Source: Klebsormidium nitens (lineage: Eukaryota; Plantae; Klebsormidiophyceae). From it: a DNA stretch of 64,000 bases. Below are positions 37,201-48,159 of the stretch, in pieces; the stretch's first letter is position 1, and each line of letters starts with the position of its first letter. The stretch is from positions 49,956-113,955 of the forward strand of contig DF237226.1 in NCBI GenBank assembly GCA_000708835.1. Reading direction: 5' to 3'. Under the pieces are notes generated by a model. The model ran no database searches. It saw only the letters and a program-made list of their open reading frames with translations, and was not told where the DNA came from. The translations under genes were made by a program, and so were the position numbers.

Positions 37201-40200
37201 AAACTCTGAGACCCTGAAACCCCTAAAATCCATGAAGTCCGGCCACCGCGAGCCAGCAGGAATCGCCGACATAAGCCCACCAGGGCATAAGAGCATGCTA
37301 GAGCGCACAGAAAACTGAACGGGCGCGGCGTCAACGCTCACCCGCCTAAGTGCCCAAGCAACCAACAACTATGCACTTTGAACCTTCAAAAACTCGAGCA
37401 CGGCTTCATGATCCGAGAAGAAACGCGCATTCCAGTGATCGCTCTGCAGGGCGCGTGCGCACCTCGTAGAAGCGCGCGAGCAGCTGCACGACGGTGCTCT
37501 TGCCGGCGCCGCTCTCGCCCACGAGCGCCGTGACGGTGCCGCGCACCAGTGTCAGCGTCACGCCCTTGAGAACCGCCGCCTCGGGCCGCTGCGGGTACGT
37601 GAAGTGCACGTCTGCGAAGACATTCAGAACTGTAAGCGTTACGGATAAGACAGGTTACCACCCGGGGAGCAGTGGGACTGGTTTGGGGTTTGGGTGGAAT
37701 GTGGATGCGGAAAGGTCATATCCAGGGCAAAAAAACCTGTTCTTCGGTTGGAAGACTACAGTGCCAATTGGAGAAGTCGTCGTGTGCAGCAAGGCAGATG
37801 CGGAGATATGAAACGTCTGACGAAACGAGGGGCGCCGGTCCCAAAAGCACGATGCAACATAATCGCGAAGTCTCCTGTTAAAAAGGTTACACGAGCACGC
37901 ACCAACATGACAAACAGGGTTAAAGTGTTAAAGTGTGCCGCGGCTAAAAGTGTGCCCAGAAGCTATTGGTCCGCTAGTGCGCTGTGCGGGCGGCCAGACA
38001 TGTGAGGGCCAATGTAAACATGCGAGCCGAAAAGTCACGGAAGCCAGATTGACGCCAAACAAGCGACTTTTACCAACGTTCCACCGAAGATACTTAGAAG
38101 GCAATCTAACGCTGATCAGAGCCGACATATGCAGTCCGAAGGAACCAACTGGCATCCGGTGCTCCTCTTCTACCCCTCACAAACTTCGATCAACCCTGCG
38201 ACTAGCGTCCGGTCATGCACCGTTTTGAACTCCGGAACCAGACGGCTATAGAGGTACTGCAGCCCGCTCAGCGGCCCCGGCGCTCGCAATCGATTTCATA
38301 AAAGGTGAAAAAATCGCCTAAGAAATCATTGACTTGAACCGTGCTGGAAGGGGTGGAGTCATATGGCCACTCCAAACTCCCAGACTAACTTCAGAGGAAA
38401 ACAGGGCAGGTAAACTACCTCATCAGGATTCTAGCTGAAATGGGACATCTCTCTCGGGAATAGAGTGCCCGCTTACCCTCCAGCCTAACGTCGCCGCTCC
38501 ACGCCGCCTCGCACGCCCCCCGCACTGACACCCCGTTCGTGCTGGCCGCCGCCCGTCCGTCGGTACCTAGCACCGCCGGCAGCACTTCCGGCACTCCGAT
38601 GTCCTTGCGCCGGTCCCCACAGTCTCGCAACTCGCCACGCGCCTCCCTGCGTAAACAGCTCTCCGTGTCAAGCTTGCAATCTGGGTTTCAAGTCTTGGAG
38701 CATGGTTCTTGGATTGGACGTAGGGCTTGCGACCCCATAGGAGGTGCTCTCTCTCCTCAAGAACTTTCGGAGCGAAACGTTCTTCAGTCCTGCTCCCAAC
38801 AACACCTAACCGGTACACGTTACAACGATGAACGCTCAACCTTATGATCGACGATGGATGACATCGGACGGCTGAAGATGGTGGACCAAAACTTTAGTAG
38901 TGGGGTGGCAAGTTTGACACAGCATATCGCGGCAACACGCCGGGGTGCAACCTTTCGAAGCCGCCCTTCACGGAGCACGTCCCCCGAGCCTCTAGTCTGC
39001 CAGAAGCGTCCTTTGCGCAGGCGTCCTTTGCGCAGGCATCCGGTTCTCGAAACAAGCGGCCCGCGAGATTGCAAAAAGTCTCCTCCTAGCTTGCAGCACA
39101 CGCATCTACTCTAAGAGCGGGATGAAAGGGATTCATTGTTAGAAGCAAGGCAGGACCGCCGTTGGAAGGAGTGACGTGGCGATATTTGAGGTTCATAACC
39201 CCGGATCAGGCCGAGAAGGCCCCTTGAAAACCCATGTCGCTGACTTCAACAGCACTTCCAACGTAGGAACAACAAATACCGAACCAATACCGTTTCTCCT
39301 TATCCCGGCACTGTAGGCGAGCCAAGCTAAGACCCGGGCGCGTACTGACCTGTCCAATCCGACCGCAAGCGCGGCATCGGGACGGCCCTGTCGGCCGACG
39401 TTGTTGATGCGCTCGACTGCGGCAAGGGCGGTGCGGATGTCGGCCAGCGTGTTGACGAGGCCTTGGACCGCAAAGGTGAGGGTAAACGTGTACCCAATGA
39501 ACGCCACCATAGTGCCAACTGGGAGCCGGCCCTGTAAAGCATATTTTCAGTGTCATAAGTATCAAGCCGTTTAAACAATCTTGTTAAGCTCGGGAAACGG
39601 ATAGGGTTAGCTTGGGGGCTAGGCTGAGATTGGGTGCAAAAGTAAAAGTGGACGATTTTCAACAAACGCCAGCATGGTCGCCCCCGGGAGCCGGCCCTGC
39701 AAAGATGGTTCTTTGAGTCAGATACAAACAAGCCAAGAAAGCACTAAGGGACCAACACTAGCACCTTAACCTAAAAATGATCTGCTCTGCACCATTAACC
39801 ACCCCAAAAAACCCCCCACTAATCCCAGGGGAGCCGGGAGTATCCAGCGGACCATATCAAGAGCGTTCAGTCCGGTTCATTGTTCGACTGATTGACAACG
39901 AAGCAAGTACGATACCTTGTCCGGCATTGCCGGAAACAATACCATTGTCTAAATCGACAAAAGCGCTCCGTCGTGCCTGGCATTTACCCCACCAGTGCAG
40001 CATACTTATTTAAGAAGAGCGGTTCCTGTAAGCTAAATTTTCTGACGGTAACATACTTGCATAACGCAAGTTTATTTTCTGCGGGAATGTCACCACATTG
40101 CAGTCCTCACCGCCTTGACCTCGGCCCCCCCAACAACGTAGAGCACGAAAAGGGAAACATAGATCGCGATGCGCGTCCACGACTCGTTGAGGCTCTTGGC

Positions 40201-43200
40201 CACCCCGAGGCGCTCCCCGGCGCCCCGGCTGCCCGACACCTGCTCGTCGAACTGCCGGATTTGCCGCCGCTCCCCGCCAAACGACCGCACCTGTCGAAGC
40301 ATAATTCAAGCGTTCAGGGGTTTCAGGTTTAATAGGTTTAGGGTTTGCCATCCAAGGGGCGGCCCCGCGCTATGGCTGCCTGACATCTGCTCGTCGAACA
40401 CGCGGATTTCCCGCCGCTCCCCCCCGAACGACCGCACCTGCCAGGGGTTCAGAGCTTTTGAGGTTTGCCATCCCAAGGGGCAACCCCGTGCTACGGCTGC
40501 CTATAAACCTGCTCGTCAAACACGCAGATCTCGCGCCGCTCCTCACTGAACGACCGCACCTGCAGAATTGTATTGGAAGTCTTAGGGGTTCAGGGGTTTG
40601 AGTTAGCCATCCCAAGGCGCGGCCCCGCGCCATGGCTGCCTACAGACGTGCTCGTCGAAGATGCGGATCTGCCGCCGCTCCCTGCCAAACGACCGGACCT
40701 GCCAAGCACAGTTCAAGGGTTTTGGGTTTTGGGGGTTCAAGATTTTTAGCGTTTGGCCCCCCGGAGCACTCTTCTACGCCCCGACTGCCTGACGCACGCT
40801 CGTCGAAGACGCGGATCTGCCGCCGCCAAACGACCGGACCTGCCAAGTAGAGTTCAAAGTTTTATGATTATCAGGAATTGCCACCCTAAGATGTTCCCCG
40901 CGCCACGGATGTCTACAGACCTGCTCGTCAAGAGGCGCAGGTCTGCCACCGCTCCTTGCCGAACGACCGGACCTGCCGACGTTCTAGAAAGTTAGTATGT
41001 TAAGGATTTAGAAACGTAGGATTTGAAATTTCTAACATAGGCTACGGAGTGACAAACGCGCGAGAGTCGTAAGACGAGTCCCGCTTGAAACAGCGTACTG
41101 GGAATAGCGAAGGTGCTATCATCAGCCTCTCTCACTCAAGCGCATGCAAGCGCGAATGCTTTTGGGGTCGGCAGACCAAGTGAAGGACACAACAGTGGAG
41201 CATCCAACGCTGGAGGTTTTGACCGGACTGCAGCGACCGGACTCGAAGTATCTACATCAGCTTGCCCCAGTGGGTGCAGGTAGGAGGGAGCAGATTCGTT
41301 CAAAAAGATCCTTATTTGCACGGACGAAGGAGGTAATTTCAGAAACGAATCAAGCACTGAGCAAGCCCATAATCCTGCCGCACTAGCAACGGCTACCTAA
41401 TCGCTCGTGTAGCCCATTCCAAGTCTCAGGTCCGTGTTAGACAGACCGCGGCGGCATCGAAGACTCCACAGTGAATAAAAAGCGTTTGCTTCCCTGAAGA
41501 TTCTTCAGATTACTGATTTCTAGCTTCGTTTCTTGTTTCCTGTTCCCGCAGACGTTAGATGGTAAGCTGCGGTCCGGAACTAGGCAACTTTCGAAACGCA
41601 CAACACATCCCGAAACGAGAGACCGGACTGGCTGCAACAGCAGTGCGTGCAACCAGCCAACTGGATGGTGAGGAAGGTCTCGCTGCTCGCCTCTGGTTAG
41701 AAAGGTCGCTTGTGAAGATGACGTAAAGTCTCGACTCTGCGATTACAAATAGCTGACGGATCCTCCTCGCAGAACCGGAAAGAGGGACCGGATCAGGCAC
41801 GCTGCCATGCGTGCGACTCACCGTTCGAATCGCGGAGAAGGTCTCGCTGGCCGCCTCCCCAAGCCGCCCCTGCGACACCCCAAAGTCCTTGAAAGCGGGG
41901 GTTGTCGTGCGCTTGTAAATGGCTGCAGAAAGAATCGAATTCAGTAAAAGTGGCTGCAGAAGAATCGAGTTCAGTAAAAAGAAGCTGTCAGAAAGAGGCA
42001 CTCAAAGGATCCGCTTGGTCCGGATCGCCAATGACGTGGCCATGTAAGAAAGCTGCCCGTCTTGATCAGCAAGGGAGAGGCCACACGATTTCGTTCGGCA
42101 GCGGGAGAAGCGAAGGGGAAGAAAAGCATCTTGGGAGCGCGACATGGTACTAAAATGGAAAGTGCTTCTAGCTGCTGGCATCTAATACAATCCGGCTTCT
42201 AAATGCCAATCCACAATGCTGATTTTGCCGTGCATATAGCACAGGAAGGATCCGGCTGCTTCCAGGCTGGGTGATTATACTCAAATCTGCTTTTTCGACC
42301 AGTAGCAGAGCTATAACCGTGTTTAAGGTCTGATTTCTCTTTGAATCGGGGCATTGGACACATCATCAGCTTCTACCCAGCCCGCAACCGACCCTGGTTA
42401 ATCACAAGAACGCGATTATCTCCCCTGTGCCGATCTACACGCTGGTGAAGAGGCTGGCCACCACGGGCACGGGCCCCTGTGAGTCTGGACGCCGAAGTAT
42501 CAAACAGCTTCTAACCAGCCCGTAACCGACGATGGTCAACCGCCGAAACCCGGTTCTCTCACATGCGCCATTTGACACACTGGTGATACGGATGGCTAGC
42601 ACAGGCGCGAGGTGCGGGACGATTCCAAGTAATGAAAGGGTTCCTAATCAACCCGTAACCGGCCCTGGTTAACCGCTGGTTGTCTCACCTGCGCCGATTG
42701 ACACGCTGGTGATGAGGATGGCTAGGACGGGTGCGAGACGTGGGGCGAGTCTGAAGAGGATGACGAACGTGCCCAGAACTTCGGACACGGAGCGGAACCC
42801 TCGGTCGCGTGACACATTGTCCAGGACCACCGAGCGCAGCGCAGCCAGCTCCGTGGTTACCAGATTGGTCAGCTCACTAACCCGGAACCGGTCAAAGAAC
42901 TCGACCTGCAAAAAGAGAGGCGAGTGAAAGGCACTCTTGAAATCGGACATTGACAATGATGATGAAAATAAGTAACGCCACATAAGAACAGCTAGAAGTC
43001 TGGAGGAGCAAAGTAATTTCAGAAGATAGAACATGGGATCAGAAAGTTCGAGAATTGATTCACCAGCCGATCGACTCAACCAAAAAAGACCTGTTGAAAC
43101 AACCAGTCTTTAAGTCTCGCTGGAAAGGCGATTGCCTGTCAAAATTGAAGCCAAGACCCGCATGCCGATACTGACAACCCCACTCCGACCTAACCAAAAC

Positions 43201-45405
43201 CGTCTCTTCTGATGATCAAACTTCATCCGATGCCGCACGCACCCGTCTCAATGTTCTCAGCAGCAATTGGGACGGGAGTGACTTGGTCTCTTTATCTTCG
43301 ATGAGTACTGGCAGCTCTAGCTTCGACTCACAGCAGCTTGGACCAAAACGGCAGGAACCCTGGGCAGCTCAACTAGACTACGTAACCCAAGAAAAACACG
43401 CTCTCTGCACCCGCCGTCCACCCTAACCCCCTCAATAACCCCATTTGTCTCCCGCGCAGGCATCAGTGCTATGCTGACCTTTCCAGTAGTCATCCTTGTT
43501 GCAAGCTGCTGTTGGTGAAAACGAGGGTCAACCGAAGTGCGACGAGAGGGGTCCATACCTTTTGCATGAGCAGGCGCGAGTACACGTGGGAGCGCAACGA
43601 GGCCGTGACCTTCTCCCACATGGTGGTCATGCTCGTGATGTACACAACAGTCGCCAATGGCTGCGGCGCAAGAGGAGCCAAGCGGGGGAGATGAGCGATT
43701 GAGGAGAAAATACAGTGCTTTTTTTCCCCCTCGAAAACTGCTCGATTGAAAGTGTTTACATATACAGTCATCGGAGCTCGACTAAAAGTGTTTACATGTA
43801 CAGTCAATCGGAGCTCCTGGAGGAACAGATTGTAAAGACCAATCGAATGCTTTCGGAGCAACAAGCCGAAGCCAATCCTATATTGGAAAAACACTCTCCC
43901 TCGGGTTCACAGCTTGTAGAATTAGAGGTCATTCGAAGTCAAGAAGTTAAAGACAAGACAGCTTACTGACGGAAAGTGTACAGAAGCAAATTCCTTCATC
44001 TGTTGCTTCGAAATCCACTTGTGGTGCATTGACTAAGCGATGAACTCATCCAAAAGCTATCAAAATCAAGACCATGGACAGACATCAACTGCTTTTTTCA
44101 CGGGAAGGAAAATGATAGCTTAGACTGTTCTAAGACTTTTGGCTGCTGACTGACCTCTTGATCTATGTCACGTCAAAATCTTCAATCTGCAGTCAGGCGC
44201 AGTTAGGCACGACATGCTTATTCGTATTAGAATTCCTTAGAATATACCCCAATGTTTACCCAACCAAGATGTCTCGTCCGTTCCAGTTCCTGTCCTTACC
44301 TCAACAGCATAGAGTAGCCCCAGCTTCCAGAGCAGATCTGAAAGCGGCCCCGGACGAATGCCCACCAGCGTCTCAAAGAATTTGCCTGCGATGAATTGGG
44401 TAGTAAACATCAAAAGGCAGCAGAAGCCTCTACCTGCCTCTGGTCGCACAAGAAATTGGCCTCAGTCTTTGATCAATCAAACACCCAGAAAGTTTGACAA
44501 GGACTCTTGAGTTACGGGTTGAACTCTTAGAATGTCCAGACACTTTTCACCATAAGCGAGGCTCCGAAATCTTTGACTCTGTGGAAGCCATCAAGAGAGA
44601 CTCTTAGGTAAATGATTCCCCACTTGCCAAACCAGGCCAGACAACCTCCCCAACAGAACGCACGACCACCACCGCCATCGTGAAGATCGTTGTTTGTGTG
44701 ATGCATGTAGTGGTGCAACACAAAAGCATCCGCTCGTATCCCGTCTGTTTATATAACTCAAACCGAGCCCCTGGAAACCTGTCAGCATATTGCCCTCACC
44801 TAATGAACAATGTGAAGTGTGATGCATGTAGTGGTGATAGAAGCATCCACGCTTCAGTCCTGTCTGCTTGCATCGCTAAAACGAGCCCTCAAAAAACAAC
44901 AAGCGCCCTCACCCGAGAACTGTGGCATGCTGAGAGTGCATACGGTCCCCCCCGCCACCGCAAGCGCCGCCGCCGCGACCCTCAGCTTGTGCTGGCCAAT
45001 CAGACGCGCCACAAGCTGCCACGTCACCAGCGGCTCTTCTAACGACTTGGGCGTCGCGAACCCGGCGGTCGGATCTGCTGCTGCTAGCCGCGCCTCCTCC
45101 GACGGGCCCTCATGAGGCTCAGCGACGGGCGCCGAAACGTATGCCGCTCGACAGGGACGGCTTCTCCGCTGAGATGCCCGGCTTCGGAGCCCATCAGAAG
45201 GGAGCGCCGGAAAAAAGTCGGCGCTTTTGAGCGGTCGTTGTGGGCGGTTCTGAGCTGAAGCGGCTGGGCGCGGTCGAGCGTGTCGCTGCATGCGGCATGA
45301 CAGGCACACGGCATCGCCTTGCTGGCGCTGCCATCCCCTCTGTGCGATGGGCGCGGAAGGCAGCGCCGCGGCAGAGCGGGTCAAGGTGGCCGCCATGGCG
45401 GTCAT
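34248..45405 (-). CDS. ABCB28: ABC transporter subfamily B half-transporter (TMD+NBD) with N-terminal organellar transit-like peptide; ABCB28/NAP8-like
   Basis: 13 phase-consistent exons: 44913-45405, 44300-44385, 43559-43660, 42689-42905, 41822-41922, 40111-40290, 39350-39531, 38477-38646, 37463-37611, 36575-36684, 35726-35949, 34830-34900, 34248-34421 (2,259 nt, 752 aa + TGA). Walker [10 protein letters not shown]-loop QEPVLF, signature LSGGQRQR, Walker [13 protein letters not shown] and H-loop IAHRLST are present. The TMD motifs NVSRDRGFR and [17 protein letters not shown] match my recall of plant ABCB28. Confidence 0.9.
40300..40985 (-). repeat. Five degenerate tandem copies of ABCB exon 6 start plus its 3' splice site, inside intron 5
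   Basis: Units of about 120-150 bp, each containing ...ctgctcgtc(g)aa...gccgctcc...aacgaccg(c/g)ac|ctg, homologous to 40191-40300. Confidence 0.95.
42366..42620 (-). repeat. Two degenerate tandem copies of ABCB exon 4 end plus 5' splice site, inside intron 4
   Basis: Units 42366-42490 and 42504-42620 match 42640-42750 (cccgtaaccg..ctggttaa...tctcacctgcgccgattgacacgctggtga..ggatggcta); period about 137 bp. Confidence 0.9.
43741..43815. repeat. 36-37 bp tandem duplication in ABCB intron 2
   Basis: ctcgattgaaagtgtttacatatacagtcatcggag / ctcgactaaaagtgtttacatgtacagtcaatcggag. Confidence 0.85.
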
Positions 45406-45565
45406 CTGGATTTCTGAGTGAGGCAGTGCTTACCGGTAGTTTGCATGTATGACGCACCTCCACCCCTGCTACGTCAAGCGCCCTGCACCACCAGAATATT
45501 CAGAGGCCGGACGGTTCTTTCCCAAAAAGTGTAACACTGACAGAACCCTAGCGCTAGGCTGAGAA

Positions 45566-45573
45566 TAGGGTTT
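45566..45573 (-). promoter_or_regulatory. Telo-box (AAACCCTA) upstream of the ABCB gene
   Basis: Plus strand TAGGGTTT about 160 bp upstream of the ATG, among further degenerate AGGGTTT motifs and next to a GC-rich stretch (45600-45720). Telo-boxes are known plant promoter/5'UTR elements. Confidence 0.4.
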
Positions 45574-48159
45574 CCAGGGTCAGGGTTTGGGGGTTAGGCC
45601 CCAGGGCGTTGGTCGCGGGGTCGCGCGTATCAGTGCGTGACCGCCGCGCCACAGGCGCGCGCGGCGCGCGGAACAGTACTTTTGATTCGGCCGCCGGCCG
45701 GCCGCGCGTGGACTTGAGCGGCTGCGGACACGGTCAGGACGGTTCAGAGCCCGTTCAGAGTCGGAGGGCGACAGTAGAGACCTTGTCCCTCAAGAACCGC
45801 TGCCAGGCTGCCCTCTGATTCATGGTCACTGTAAAAAGTGATTGCTCAAAACGGTCACGTTTTCGGTGATGGTGACACTGGTACAACAGCACAAGACCCG
45901 ATCCGAGACCTGGAACCGCTGTTGCATCAAAGTGGGACTGGAAATCTCCGGGCATTGCTCCGGGGCCCAATACGAGTGTATAATGCTAGTTTTATGCGAT
46001 GTGAAGGCGGTGTAACCATAAAGTGATGGGAAAGTGATGCACAATTAGTGCTCACGCGTGCGGGACAGCGCGCGCCGCCGGCCGCATTGTGCGTCCCGCA
46101 CGAGCCCACGTTGGCCTCAAGTTTTCTCCTCACTCGTTCATCTATACCGTTTTGCTCGGGTGACGATGTGGTCGACTTTTATTGTAGTATACCTACGAGA
46201 ATATGAATATGAGCGGCATGTTTGAATCTTCACAACTAGGCAGTCAAACAGCAGAGCAAACAACAGGGTTCTTGTCTCCTGCCAAGCTTTCAGTGCGTTT
46301 TATAAGTCCCTTGCTTGAAAGGGGTTCTTCACGAGAGCGTCTAATGCTTCAAACCACTTACCTTATTGCATTCCTTGTCGGCCGGCGCACTAAGGTGACA
46401 ATGTTGAGCGCCGGGCCAATGTTCCGTCAAGGCAGTCTGAAAAAATCCGTACCGTGAGAGAGGGTTCACATCATCCCTTCGAGTAGAGTCCGCGGACAGG
46501 AAATTGCCAAGGGGTACGTAGCTTTGACCTGATGTATTGATCCCGAAGATACGTCACGATCGCGTTGCCATCCACACATTAAAGAGTTCGGTTCTTCGAA
46601 ACCGCTCCGCTAACGTCGTCCTTGAGAAAGGTGGGCGCAGCCCTTAAAGGTTTGTGCAGGGCGCGCTTGAAGCCGAAGAGATAACCCGCGAAGAAGAGGG
46701 CGCTGAACTTTTGTATTCATGCCTCTTGTGACACATACCTGCTTGACAAGAGCAATATCGAGTACGGAGTATAAGCGTGTCTTCGGGACTCCATTCGGCC
46801 GCGGAGGAGAAAGACCAGTTTTGAGGCCGGACGGTCCGCCATCGCTCTCTCGGCCAACCCACTCGAACTCTGACGTCGGAAACGGGTTTCGCTCGCGCGC
46901 AGCCTGAAACGTGTCCACTTCACATGGGTTTCTAAAGCCGCTTGTGCCAATACCTGGATAAGGTAGCATAGTAGATAGGTACGCCCGGAGATCAAGCTTT
47001 CCCGTCCAGTCCCGATGCGAGGCGCAAGTTGAAACGGCAGATTGACGCCGGTCTATTTGAGAAAGTTCTTATGTACAGACAGCACAGCTGCTAAAATAGA
47101 GACCGTGTTGGAATTGTGCAAAGTTGGAAAGGCGTTTCAGGGCTTCTATGCGCAATGCTTGCGACCAGTCCGATAAAGGTCGAGAATCGAGAAGGAGCGT
47201 GGAAAAAGATTTTCAACCAGAACTACACAAACTTCCTTCAAAGGTGCTTGACCCAGGTTGATGGTCCGATCTACCAGAGAGGTTTTGTTTGCTTGCAGGG
47301 CCAACTTCGAGTACGTCAGACTGAGCGAGGCCTTATGGTGATGCTTACGTCACTACTACCGACATGTAGTTCGTGCCGAGCCGCATGACAGCTGTCGCTT
47401 CAAAAAGCTGACACCTTGTCTCAATCTCTCTGCTCGATCGGATTGCACTGAATATTTTGGACGCTTGACGGAAATGTTTTGCTCCCCAAGGCCCAGTTTC
47501 GACCAAAACACTGTGGCCTTTCCCTTGCATCCCTTCCCTACCTCGACTCTCCTGTGCAAGCGTCAAAATCTATATAGCGAAGTCCTATTCCACTCGCGGC
47601 CTTGCGGAGTGGAGACATCTTTGCTAACGACGCTGGCACTGCCTCTAAGCCGTTGTTTTTGACAGGTGGCATCACATGGCGCGACATCTTACCGATATAC
47701 TCTGCTCCCTTTGCATCACAAACAACGGCTTGCACTCTAGGTGCCAGCCTGCAATACCACGACCAACGCTTCTCCATATTGAAGCTGATATGCGCTCTGA
47801 CGACGTCATCAATTGGACGTCCGGACTACCAGTGACATGCAAGCAAGTTGCTTGAGAACAAACGACTCGTCAGCTGTGCATGCTAAATCGCTTCTAGCAC
47901 CCGATCGCAAACGTATGTGTCATAGCCTTCTGCAAGCTGTACGTTTGGAGAATGCCTGCAAGGAATGATTCCGGACTCGAAGGTTGTCTGAAGAAACGAC
48001 GGCTGAGCATCTCTCGTATTGGAGTGACTACGAATGCGAGTCCGTTCCGGACCACAGTGGAGGCTAGGAATACGAGGACCTATCAGAAGGAATTCGCCAT
48101 TCAGTCACTTCAAATTCGCTCCGGACTTCGTGCTGATTCGAGCTCGCCGCCGATCGGAC

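Noticed and set aside
40300-40985. CRISPR-like repeat/spacer array
   Set aside because: The units are ~100-nt degenerate copies of the adjacent exon, not identical 25-45 nt repeats. The host is a spliceosomal-intron eukaryote and no cas genes are present.
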